Assembly (NCBI GenBank): GCA_964016885.1
Contig: OZ024740.1
Coordinates: 245,954,001 to 246,018,000, forward strand
Length of the DNA: 64,000 nucleotides
DNA from: Eledone cirrhosa
Lineage: Eukaryota
Direction: 5' to 3'
This document shows, piece after piece, positions 40,243 through 52,410 of the stretch. The notes under the pieces are model-generated. The model searched no databases. It was not told the DNA's origin and worked only from the letters and a program-made list of their open reading frames with translations. The first letter of the stretch is position 1. Each line of letters starts with the position of its first letter. A program made the translations under genes and the position numbers.

Positions 40243-40796
40243 CCGAGCACACAACATTGGAAGATACATCGCATGGGCCGGGACCGACTAACACGGGGTC
40301 CACTGCCGCCCGGTCCTGTGCCCTAAACATATAGAACAGCACACCCCAGCCACGGTGCTATGACCCATGGCGACCGGGCCGGGCGTCCCCTTGAATGTGT
40401 ACCCCCCGTCAATCGTGACTATATACTATCCACCTGTTCCACTTTGGAACAATGATTATTACTGTCATTATTGTTCTATTATTGTTCTGTTACTGTTACT
40501 TGTTCTATATACAGACCCAAGTTTGCACCTCATACTACCTGTGTGTAGTATATCACATGGATACACGCACCTTCTCCTGTACCCCCCGCCCCCCGTTTTT
40601 TTATTTTACCCCTTTTTTCATGTACCTATTTATGAAGTTACATACAGATTTTAGTGTATCCTAAAATATTGTAAATTTATTTATTTATTTTATTTTATTT
40701 TATTTTATTTTATTTTATTTTATTTTATTTTATTTTATTATACTATTGTGTTTATATTCACGTGTTTTTTTATGTGTGGACCTGTACGTAGGTATA

Positions 40797-40850
<54 letters not shown>

Positions 40851-41080
40851 CGTGGGTGTGGATGGGGGTGTGTATATGGGCATGGGTGCGTGAATGCATG
40901 AGCTTATGAGCGCGTGATTGTGCAGACAGGTGCATGTATGTAAATATGTGGCAGAGTGTGGTGTATGTATATATATATATGCGTTTATATATGAATATAT
41001 ATATATATATGGATGTATATCTATATATGTGTGCGTATGTACGTATAGCTAAGTATGAGTATGTGTGTGTGGGTGCGTAA

Positions 41081-41146
<66 letters not shown>

Positions 41147-41356
41147 TATGTGTGTGGGGGGGGGGTATGCATATGTGGGCATCTATATGTGTGTATGTGT
41201 TTATGTGCATCTCACAGGAATGTGTACGGATGATTATATATGGAGTATATATGCATTTTATTACTATTATTCTTTTTGTATTACTTTATCATACATCCTT
41301 CCTTTGTATATATCCGTATATGTATGTATGAATGTGTGTACAAGTGTGTGTATGTA

Positions 41357-41416
<60 letters not shown>

Positions 41417-41544
41417 AAGTTATATTTAAAATTGTTGGGTTACAACTAGTAAATATTTATAACTGATATAAAAGCACTCGACAAATATTTGGAGTATATT
41501 TACAATATTAAATAAATGGAAAACTATATTTATAAAACCATATC

Positions 41545-41610
41545 TATTTCATTATATATATTTCGGGGATATCGTATTAACAATATGCTATGCCTTCATC
41601 AGACAGAATA
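41545..41610 (-). ncRNA. Type I hammerhead, canonical core
   Basis: Antisense-arm copy of 41753-41818. Confidence 0.72.
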
Positions 41611-41752
41611 CAATATAAACAGTTTTATAGATAAATATATTCGACATACCGTAATAAACATCAACTTCATCTGCTAGCGTAAACCTCTTCAAATGAAGTT
41701 GATGTTTATTACGGTATGTCGAATATATTTATCTATAAAACTGTTTATATTG

Positions 41753-41818
41753 TATTTTGTCTGATGAAGGCATAGCATATTGTTAATATGATATCCCCGA
41801 AATATATATAATGAAATA
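41753..41818 (+). ncRNA. Type I hammerhead, canonical core
   Basis: TATTTTGT-CTGATGA-AGGCATAGCATATTGTTAATATGATATCCCC-GAAA-TATATA-TA-ATGAAATA. Confidence 0.75.
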
Positions 41819-41937
41819 GATATGGTTTTATAAATATAGTTTTCCATTTATTTAATATTGTATATATATATATATATATATTTCGTTTCTGAATTTTTTA
41901 AGCAAGATTCTTTATCTGAAAATGAGTGTTGAAACCG

Positions 41938-42389
41938 ATATTGTTATACTTTGGGAGGGTCATGTTGCCAATAAGAAACACACGCACCAGTTGCTTCACT
42001 TCAATTTATTATAATAAATTTATAAATTTAGGAATTTATAAATTTCCGGTTGGTTGGTTGGTTCCACAACCAGATGGTTGTTTATATATTGTCAAAGTTC
42101 TTTCGTCACACATTCTGTGTACACACACACAGAAACAAGATGGCGTAGGACAAAACAAAGGAGAGGTACAAAAACAAAGAAAAGAATCCCCAGTCACTGA
42201 AAAGGTCACAGAATGTGTGACGAAAGAACTTTGACAATATATAAACAACCATCTGGTTGTGGAACCAACCAACCAACCGGAAATTTATAAATTCCTAAAT
42301 TTATAAATTTGTTATAATAAATTGAAGTGAAGCAACTGGTGCGTGTGTTTCTTATTGGCAACATGACCCTCCCAAAGTATAACAATATA
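41938..42389. repeat. Fold-back element, ~180-bp near-perfect arms, ~87-nt spacer
   Basis: 41938-42119 versus 42207-42389; the right end abuts (TA)n. Confidence 0.9.
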
Positions 42390-42391
42390 TA

Positions 42392-42487
<96 letters not shown>

Positions 42488-42828
42488 TCATATTGTATAA
42501 TATATTGATATTTTATACTTTATATTTTATATTTTATATCTTATGTTATGGTATTTTACCGTTATTTTATGGTATATTGTGTTTTTTTTATTATATAATG
42601 TTTTTTATTATATAATGTATTGTTAATTTACGGTTTTGTTTATATATGTATATGTGGAAGCACATGTGTGTGTAAGCCAATATGCATATGTGCAGGTGTC
42701 TGCATGTGGCAGCACGTGTGCGTATGCATATTTAGATGTATATATGTCTGCATGTGTGTATGTATATGTATGTATATGTGTGGGTGTGCGTATGCATGTT
42801 AGGTTTTTTTTTTGTATATATACACATA

Positions 42829-43607
42829 CTAGCAGCTGAGCCCGGTTGCACCCGTTAATAATTTGAAAAATATTATTGAAAGTTTATTATAAAGAGGCAG
42901 TTTCAGGAAAAAAAATAGAAATATGTAATTGGGGCTGGACGGCGTACAATGAGAAGTGGAGCGATGTGAAAAGCGTTGTTTATTAACAGCGAAATAGCAA
43001 TGTCGATGATATGCAAGTTTGAAAATTCAGATTATGAAGGTTTGTATGATAGTTTACACTTTGATTGCCCTGTTCAGCAAGAGGGGCCTCTATATATTAG
43101 ACGTTTATTAGAAGAGGTGGAAATAACTAACCCCAGTATTAGAACAGGGGGTTCGCAATGTAAGGGTTTTATTACTTTTGTTAGAAAACAGTGACCTTTT
43201 TCGGTTTGGCATTTCGTAAAATTCTACTGCAGAATCGATTTCATAAAACGGTACTGTATGATCGTTATAGAAGTATTTAAATTTAATATAGAGCAATTGT
43301 AATTGAAAAATGAAAATAAAACGTACTGTAGAAGGCAACAGTTTATTAACAGCGAAATAACGTTGTCTTTGATATGTTATTTTAAATAAGACAATGAATA
43401 TTAAAGGGAACTGTTTAGTAAATAGACCGTTTGGGGGCCCTAGGGACCACATTTTTCAAGTTAGAGATTTGAAACATCGTCTATTTGCTTCCTTGGCACT
43501 TTTTGCATAGGTGTGTAAATTTTCATGTCCAGCCGACCACGTCTACTACCATTTAACCGTGCACAACTGAATTTCAACCACCACCCATTTCACAAATATA
43601 TATTAGA
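42829..43607 (-). mobile_element. Non-autonomous Helitron-like element
   Basis: Minus strand A|TC...hairpin (CGGGTGCAACCGGG)-CTAG|T. It is absent from the matching left arm near 38420. Confidence 0.72.
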
Positions 43608-43726
43608 TATATATATATATGTGTGTGTGTGTGTATGTAATTTTGTGTACGTATGTGTATTTTGTATGTATGTGTGGGCATGTGTGATTATATATATGTC
43701 TGTGTATCTATCTATCTATCTATATA

Positions 43727-43789
<63 letters not shown>

Positions 43790-44415
43790 ATGTGTGTGTG
43801 TATATGTATGTGTATGTATGTGTGTATGTATATATGTGTGTGTATGAGTGTGTATATATATATATAAATGTATATAAGGTTGTGCGTATGTATGTGTGCG
43901 CGCGTATGTGTGTATATATGTGTATGTTTGCGTAGGCCATGCTTGACCGACCGGAGATATGGCGCGAATTAAGCAGCTGTTATAAGGCTTGTGGCGATAT
44001 GTATCTACAAGTGGGTGTGACTGTGACCGTGGAAGTGAGGGAGAGCGCATGTGTGTATATATACATATATGTATGTATGTGGGGGTGTGTGTGTTTACGC
44101 ATGTAGGCGTACGTGTGTGTATTCATGAATGTGTCTGTGTCTGCATGTGTGTGTATATGTGTGTGTATATTAGTGTGTGTGGGTGCTTACTCTGGAATGT
44201 GAACAGACGTGTGAGATGCTGAACCCAGCATGGCTCCTTTGAAGTGTGTCGGACGGAAAATGGCTGATGACCCGTGTGGCAGTAAATATTGACCAGAACT
44301 TGTGATGACGTGGAGTAAAAACAGCCAATGGCATGACAAGAGTGGAAGAGGGTTATTTGAGGGTGTTTTTTTATGATAACACCCCAGTGATAAAATTTGC
44401 TCCGAACGAAATACC

Positions 44416-44506
44416 CGTGTCTGAAAGAACCTGCAGCTGTAGAGTCAGCCAGATCCATACAACGATCATGTCTCGAGCTACCTGCCGGCGAAACAATTGT
44501 AACACG
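44416..44506 (+). ncRNA. Hammerhead motif with 8-nt CUGAAAGA core
   Basis: CGTGT-CTGAAAGA-ACCTGCAGCTGTAG...CTACCTGCCGGC-GAAA-CAATTG-TA-ACACG. Confidence 0.72.
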
Positions 44507-44789
44507 CAATAAATTAAGTCCAGATGCATCACTGATTTTTCGTTTTCTTTATACTATCTACACTCTACTCTGTTGAATAGTGGTGAATCTTTATATAGCT
44601 TGTTCTGTAGTGGGGTGCTCCGATGTATCTCCTTGAGTGGGATGATAGCACCGGCTTTATATAACTATCGCTTCCTGTCCCCCACCTTGAGGGGAGAGTC
44701 AAAACATCAACCTGTTCACACTAAAAATGTTTTGACCTAGAATTTGATCTTTAGGTATCACCAAAGTTCAAGGCGCGGACAGATTTCGC

Positions 44790-44880
<91 letters not shown>

Positions 44881-45098
44881 GGGTTATAGTATCGTAAGAG
44901 AGGATAGAGTGGAGAGATAACGAGGTGCGACACAGAATACTACATGCCAAAAGCAGATGCATTGTGTGCTCAATGCTTGGGTTATCAGGGTTAAATATTA
45001 GAGAAAGTTAATATTTAGTGTAAGGATTAAGCACAGTTGGAATAAGCAAAAGAATGAGTGAATGAAAGTTACAAGCCGTTAAAACATATCTTTATATA

Positions 45099-45152
45099 GC
45101 TCTTACACGTGCTTCGCCCATGGGGGGGGGGGGGGGGGGGCTCGTTGGAGGC
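45099..45152 (-). ncRNA. Decayed hammerhead motif
   Basis: CCAACGA-GCCC...GGGC-GAAG-CACGTG-TA. Three core changes. The element's 3' end abuts (TA)n at about 44878. Confidence 0.4.
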
Positions 45153-45201
45153 AGATATTCAGATAGCAAAGTCCTTAATTACAAAGCCCTGAGAGGGTAT
45201 G

Positions 45202-45393
45202 ATAATTGTTTCTACTTTTGGCACAAGGCCAGCTATTACCCCAGTGTATTACTGGTACTTTATTCTATCGACCCGTAAGGATGAAAGGCAAAGTTAACCT
45301 CGGCGGGATTTGAACTCAAAATGGGAAGGACCGTCACTCAATACGTCAAAGCATGGCGTCCAACCCTCTACCGATACTGCCAATCCACCGCCC
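45202..45393 (-). mobile_element. SINE A
   Basis: Full-length core. Confidence 0.9.
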
Positions 45394-45635
45394 GGTATAA
45401 TAATATCACATCGCTATGCATTGCGATCTTAGATGTTATGGGTATAAATACCGGTGAAAGGGCTATAATTCGCTAAGGGAGATAATTACCGGTTCCCGTT
45501 GAAAGTTACTGCAATACTTATGACCAATACCAACTATGGGAAAAACATTTTTTTATTTAAAAGGAATTAACATAATGTTAACATTATGTTAATTCCTTTT
45601 AAATAAAAAAAATGTAACATTATGTTAACATTATT

Positions 45636-45823
45636 AAAGGGCGGTGAATTGGCAGTATCGGTAGAGTGTTGGACGCCATGCTTTCTAGCATAGTTACGTC
45701 CCTTTACAGTCTGAGTTCAAATCCCGCCGAGGTTAACTTTGCCTTTCATCCTTACGGGGTCGATAAAATAAAGTACCAGTAATGTACTGGGTAGTTGCTG
45801 GCCTTGTGCCTAAAGTAGAAACA
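45636..45823 (+). mobile_element. SINE A with 17-bp TSD
   Basis: ATTATGTTAACATTATT at 45619-45635 and 45824-45840. Confidence 0.9.
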
Positions 45824-46357
45824 ATTATGTTAACATTATTTTAAAGGAATTTTAACATTATGTTAACATTATTTAAAAGAAACGTGTTGGCAGTTGTCTC
45901 CCGCTACTTCTGTTGGAATCCGCTCGACGGCGCAAGCCATCAGCTTATCAATATTCATAGCTAGAAGACTTTCCAAATGTTTATTTGTAAACATACCGTA
46001 TATCATTAGATATATGAAATTCACATACTTACAAGTTAAAATATTCAACCACGTGATAGGAGAACACCAACACATTTTTTTTAACGGAACAAGACTTATT
46101 CGTCCATTTTGTTTGGTTGGTGTTGACAAAGAGACCAGCACTTTGGCCCCAGTTCTCCGATGACTTCGGTGAAGCAGCGGTCAATCGAATACCAACAAAG
46201 GTTTATAAAATTTTGTTATCCCTAAACAAAGCTAAATTCTAAGTAGGTCATCATAGCATATAGCCCAAGGTTATACAGTTTCAATGTACTACCTCACGTC
46301 AAATATACCAAAATGTACTTAGATCACAAGTAAATAAATAAAATTAAACCAAAATTA

Positions 46358-46674
46358 AACCAAAGCTGTTAATTGTATATTTAATTGATCAACATGTTTC
46401 GTCATGCTAAATAAGAACATTCTCATTAAACCCAACTCATGGGGATCTATAATAATTTAAATTAACATTAAGGAAACGTTACCTTCAATTGTACATCATG
46501 TACAGAAAGGTGTAGAGCATCTCGACTATCACGATATGCAATCGAAGGTAAGGTTTCTTTAATGTTAAGTTAAATGATTATAGATCCCGATGAGCTGGGT
46601 TTAATAAGAATGTTCTTATTTAGCATGGCGAAACATATGTTGATCTATTAAATATACAATTAACAGCTTTGGTT
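46358..46674. mobile_element. Older fold-back HHR element, ~143-bp diverged arms
   Basis: 46358-46500 versus 46530-46674, next to (TA)n. Confidence 0.82.
46580..46648 (+). ncRNA. Hammerhead motif with CCGAUGA core
   Basis: ATAGATC-CCGATGA-GC..AATAAGAATGTTCTTATT..GC-GAAA-CATATG-TT-GATCTAT. Confidence 0.68.
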
Positions 46675-46717
<43 letters not shown>

Positions 46718-47175
46718 TTCAAATATCTACACTTCCGGTATAACGTCGCCACCACCACCACTTCAACAACCATATATATAGAAAGAGGGAGTGTGTGATG
46801 AGAGAGATAGAGAGATTATGATTTTCTACACGCTGACGCGTATGAGTGTGCACATACATACATCTATATACAGTATATAACTATAATCGCGCAAACACAA
46901 ACTTATAAAAATACACGCTCACGGACATACATTTACACAAATACACATATATTCACACATACTTTCACACAAACATACATTCATTCACACATACATTTAC
47001 ACAAACACACACACACAGTCATGATAGCAGCGTTCGGTGAATTGGAAATGGGAGGGTAAAACAAGTATAACGTTTTATTTATTCATTAAGTCTTTATTTA
47101 TTTATTTATTTATTAACTCTTTTTTTTTAAAACTCATTTAATATAATGGTTACAGAACGAAAACACTAACAAATA

Positions 47176-47556
47176 TAATTGTTTCTATTTTTGGCACAAG
47201 GCCAGCAATTATCCCAGTGTATTACTGGTACTTTATTTTATTGACCCCGTAAGGATGAAAGGCAAAGTTAACCTCGACGGGATTTGAACTCAGACCGTAA
47301 AGGGACGTAACTCTATGCTGCAAAGCATGGCATCCGACTCTCTACCGATACTGCCAATCCACCACCCTTTTAATAATTGTTTCTACTTTTGGGACAAGGC
47401 CAGCAATTATCCCAGTGCATTACTGGTACTTTATTTCATCGACCCCGTAAGGATGAAAGGCAAAGTTAACCTCGACGGGATTTGAACTCAGACCGTAAAG
47501 GGACGTAACTATGCTGGAAAGCATAGCGTCCGACCCTCTACCGATACTGCCAATTC
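47176..47556 (-). mobile_element. Two tandem full-length SINE A copies
   Basis: Starts at about 47176 and 47372. Confidence 0.9.
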
Positions 47557-48175
47557 AATATAATATATACAAAGGAAAGGGAAAGGAAAAAAAAGAAAAA
47601 GAAAAAATACACAAGCACGTAATACAGACATCTTAGACCACATAGAACAAAATGCAGGCGAAAGAGTGGAAACGAGCCGCTACCAGAGCAAAAGATAGCA
47701 AAATAGCGAGGAGCACTGGGAAACCTCTCTAATAATTTTAGGCAGGCCAGCATGCTCGCAGCGTTACCTGGGGTGATGGCGACGCTGAGGTGCTGGAACA
47801 ACCAAGTGCCCTCACGAGCATCACCAGTTACCTCTGTTTGGCGAGCCGCCAGTGAAGATAAGAACCTCGCTGTCAGTAGCCCGACTCCCGCAAACGTCTC
47901 GAACGCCACAGGCTGGATAATGTCGTTAGCTGACAGAACACGGTATTTTAGGATTTTGTTCCGTTCAGCTGCGGTTGCTGTAGCTCTCGCCCTTACCGCT
48001 GCATCCAGAATGTGGGAAGAAGCAAAAGAGTCACTAACTGTGACATCCCAGTTAAGGCACCTGCCTCTTGACCAGGAGCACAGAGTAAGGCCGTCAAGTC
48101 TTTTCCCATCAATTCTGGACAACCCAGACGGTTCCAAAATTGAGGGGATGTTTTCCCGGCCCAAAGCTCTTAAGT
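47557..48175 (-). mobile_element. 3' fragment of an RLE-type (CRE-like) non-LTR retrotransposon
   Basis: PSILEP..DGKR(L)DGLT..W..GR.L.WDVTV, AERNKILKY, PVAFETF, WLFQHLSVAI..GNA. Confidence 0.8.
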
Positions 48176-48379
48176 GGTAATGGGACAGTGTGTGTATGTG
48201 CGCGCGTGTGAGTTTGTCGGCGTTCTTAAATTAGAGACATGTGTGTGTGTGTCACTGTTTTTAAGTTAGACATATATATGTTTGTATCCCTTTTCATTTT
48301 ACACACACATACATTCACACAAACACACATACACATTGTGTGATGGACGGGTGGACAGAAGTCCCTCAAATTTATATTC

Positions 48380-49035
48380 ATGTGAATGGAGTTCTACTGA
48401 AGCAGTTAGAGAAGTTCAAGTATTTATAGCCGTGTTCATGAGTGATGGAATGCAGGGGGCTGAATTAAGTGCAAGAATTGCAAAAGCTGATGCAGTAATT
48501 CGCCAGCCTCAGCATTCAGCAATCAGATGAAGAGGGGGGGGGGGGGGGGGGTAAAAGCCAAACTCGCTGTCTTCCTGGTATTCCTGCCAACTCTTACCGA
48601 GGATCATGAATCTTGAGTAATGACCAAAAGAATACAATTGCAAATACAAGTGGCAGAAATGGGATTCCTGCGAAGGGTCTTTGGAGTAACGTTACTCGAT
48701 AAAGTGCATAATTCAGAGACCAGAGAGTCACTCCTGGTAGAGCCGCTACTTCTCCAAATCGAGAGATCACAACTCCGATATTATGAGCATGTGGTTAGAA
48801 TGTCTCAGTAAAGAATCGCTGGACACATTTTACAAGCAAAACCAACCGGCAAGAGACCCAGAGGTAGACCCTGAGAAAGATAGTTGGATAACATCCATGA
48901 GCTTGGCTGGTCACACTTTGGGATCCAACTGGATCAGTTAGAGATGTTTGCTACTGACAGACTCACTGGAAGGAATGTTTGAGAAGGACTCTGCCCCCAC
49001 AACCCTCTCAGAAATAAGTGGGCGAAGAAGAAGAT
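48380..49035 (+). mobile_element. Decayed RTE-like LINE 3' part
   Basis: IQVAEMGFLRR, ERSQLRYYEHVVRM, GKRPRGRP, (GAA)n tail. Confidence 0.78.
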
Positions 49036-49388
49036 ATTGTCAATTTACTTTTCAATTTACATATATCTATATGCATATATATTTGCGTATAATACCAATA
49101 TGCACACTACATATTCTAGCAGAAAACCGCTCCTAGGGCAGTTTTTCTGCTAGTATATGTTAAAGATTAAACACTCAATAAATTTCTTCTTGCCTAGTTT
49201 TTATACTATGTATGCTAGGTAGACGCACTCAAGCATCCACTTTTCTAAAAAAAAATATATCACACACAAAACGCCAACAGTGTTCCAAGAGATGGCAACA
49301 TGAATGGACCTCTTTATTTTTATCTAAAAACATTTTTTCCAATCCATCCCACCCATCCTTTCAATTTATCTAATTTCTCATTCTTTCT

Positions 49389-49416
49389 GCTGATGAAGGA
49401 CTTAGCTTCCGAAACA
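49389..49416 (+). ncRNA. Hammerhead core (stem I and III partners not resolved)
   Basis: CTGATGA-AGGACTTAGCTTCC-GAAA-C, in an element ending at (TA)n near 49510. Confidence 0.45.
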
Positions 49417-49512
49417 TTAAGACCCTCTTCCTGCTATTTCAAGCATTAACCTAATATATTCCGTCTATATACTGTACCGATTGTGTTGTTATTTCTGTTT
49501 ACCTTTTACATA

Positions 49513-49565
<53 letters not shown>

Positions 49566-49567
<2 letters not shown>

Positions 49568-49981
49568 CAACACATCACCTGCTATTTCTTCCTTGCTGCG
49601 CCAACAGTGGCCAGCAAATCTGAGTCTCTGTCCACGTATTGACCTGCTGATAGGTGGTATATTGCCACAGAGATACTTATTTGTTGGGTGTTCCCTCCAA
49701 GACACGTTTAAAGCAGCGCGGAGCATACATGTGTATGCCCCGTCTAGCTTTTTCTCCAGTTTCGACGTTAGCGTCCAAGTGATAGAGCCATCTCATGAAG
49801 CAAGTGATGGAGTCCATCTCATGGAGCAAGAAACGCTGGTCGTCTCAAGAAGACATACGTCAAGCAACTTGAGGACGATACTGGATGCACTGAGGAAGAA
49901 CTGGCAAACGCTATGAGAGACAGAGATGGATGGAGGAAACGTGTCGTAGAAAGCCGAGAAAGCTCGACCTGATGATGATGA

Positions 49982-49985
<4 letters not shown>
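49566..49985. mobile_element. RTE-like LINE 3' fragment with 5' inversion
   Basis: The minus part ends RLRFAGHCWRSKEEIAGDVLL. The plus part continues SHGARNAGRLKKTYVKQL...DRDGWR to a (GAT)n tail. Confidence 0.8.
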
Positions 49986-50016
<31 letters not shown>

Positions 50017-50392
50017 GACACTTTCTTGTTCACAAGTGTTTTTAGGCCTCTTTTTATATGTATATATATATATATAGAAATAGAAATAATAATAAATTTG
50101 AAGACTAAAATCCAAAGAGGGCTCGATAAGATACATATATATCAAATATATAAGAACCGTAGAGCAAATATTTATTAAAATAACAGATTAAAGTTTAAGC
50201 GAAGAATCGCTGCTTTCACCCTTAACAGGATCTTCTGAAACTAAAAAAGTCAATCTGTGACGCAGAAGTAAATATTTCAAAAAACGTTGCAACCGAGGAA
50301 GACACGAAGACGATACTTTGGTTCGTGGAAACGTTCCCTGGCAAAGAATGGAAAAAAACGAAGATAATAAATATATATATAAAAAAACGAAG

Positions 50393-50482
<90 letters not shown>

Positions 50483-50510
50483 AAAATGTGGAGAGGAATC
50501 ACACGAGTTA

Positions 50511-50554
<44 letters not shown>

Positions 50555-50594
50555 GATATTAAACAAATGGAAACTATATTTATAAAACCATATT

Positions 50595-50660
50595 TATTTC
50601 ATTATACATATTTCAGGGATACCATATTAAAAATATGGCATGCCTTCTTCAGATAAAATA
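50595..50660 (-). ncRNA. Type I hammerhead (antisense-arm copy)
   Basis: Reverse complement of 52411-52476. Confidence 0.75.
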
Positions 50661-52410
50661 CAATATATAAGCAGTTTTATAAATAAATTTGACGTACCAT
50701 AAATATTGATCAACTTTTATGCAAGAAGTTGGTTTGGTAGTGAGATGTTTATAAATATTTAGTGTTAAGCACAGTTAGAAAGAAAGACGGAGAAAAGGAA
50801 GAAATGTATGTAAAGAAAAACAGAGAGATAGAGAGAGATAGGGGAGAGAGAAATAGTGAGGAGGTGAAAATGAGAGGCAGCTGAGGCAACAGATGAATAA
50901 TAATAATTCATCATACAAATTGAGAGATTTAGGAGGGAGGGGGTACTGTAATTATTTATTTATTTATTTATCTGGGTCTCCTAAATTTTTTAAATGATTT
51001 CTGCTAAATAAGTTTTGTTGAATAATTTTTGGTTTTTTGTTTGCTTTTTGATTCTGATTGCTTCTAATGAACTTGGCAATATATTGTCAGATAAATTGGA
51101 AGGGTAGATTTCTGTGGTTGATATGGGGGGCATACTGTGTTTTTTACGGCCCTAGATACTCTAGGGAGTGATGAAAATATTCTTAACGTTTTGATATCTC
51201 TGTGCCGATATATTAATATCTGTTGTCTCTGTGCAAAGGCCATATGTATTAATATTAATATGGAATGATTACAGAGTATATTCTATTTTATCTGTTTATT
51301 TTATCTGTCCATGTACATATTATGTGCGCACGCATATATATATATATATGTATGTGTGGCTATGGTTCTGGATATGTTACAGATATGCATAATATTCTAT
51401 ACATGAACGATAATCATATATGTGAGAGCAGGAATATTAATATTAATATATATTTTTATGTATATGTATGTATGTATATATATATAGTAAAATCTTTTAT
51501 AGCACAAGGGATAATTTTTTCCTGTGAAATAAGAAATTACAGAGTTGATCACGTAAGATCACGGGTATGTCTATAGTGTCAACTAGAACTTGAGATGACC
51601 TTCTCTTTTTCTCTTTCTTTCCTTTTCCGGAAAGTACATATATACTTATGTATTTCCGTATTTTTTGAAGTTTTATATCAGTTTTTGGTACATCGACCTA
51701 AGAATTTTTAAACTAAGCATATGGTCATTATTTTTCACACATTATATATCTATGTCTCATTCATGAATATTGATATTTACATTATAATACCCATATAATA
51801 TGAATTGATAATTCAAATTGATAGGACATAACGTAAAGTTGTAAATCTATCATCCTTCTCTCTAGATATAGCTCTTTCTTCTCCTCCCTCTATACATGAT
51901 GAAATTTAAGTATCGGTTATTTTAACTTTGCCTCTCGAGCTTCTCTATTGTTTTCTCTCTTACTTCTCTCCTATTTCTCTCACCTCCCCATATATAATTA
52001 TTATTATTTGGTCTACCTTTTTTTCCCCCCACCTCTATCTTTCTCTACCTCTCTGTTTTCTCTTTATTTATTTTTATTTCTCTTCGTCTCCTTAACACTA
52101 TAACTAAATAAATAAATAAATAAATAATTACAGTACCCCCTCCCTCCTAAATCTCTCAATTTGTATGATGAATTATTATTATTCATCTGTTGCCTCAGCT
52201 GCCTCTCATTTTCACCTCCTCACTATTTCTCTCTCCCCAATCTCTCTCTGTTTTTCTTTACATACATTTCTTCCTTTTCTCCGTCTTTCTTTCTAACTGT
52301 GCTTAACACTAAATATTTATAAACATCTCACTACCAAACCAACTTCTTGCATAAAAGTTGATCAATATTTATGGTACGTCAAATTTATTTATAAAACTGC
52401 TTATATATTG

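Larger units (their letters stand above)
41414..41862. mobile_element. Fold-back HHR element in (TA)n: ~170-bp arms, 22-nt loop
   Basis: Arms 41501-41670 and 41693-41862, with an extra tail 41414-41500 on one side only. Confidence 0.88.
37237..44557 (+). mobile_element. Penelope-like element with >2 kb inverted arms; 3' tail may extend to ~44793
   Basis: 37237-39398 is the reverse complement of 40763-44557 once later insertions are removed. The unique centre encodes GIY-YIG. Confidence 0.85.

Noticed and set aside
44264-44330. Second CTGATGA in the PLE 3' UTR (also one at about 53060, minus)
   Set aside because: No convincing GAAA plus stems I and III by eye.
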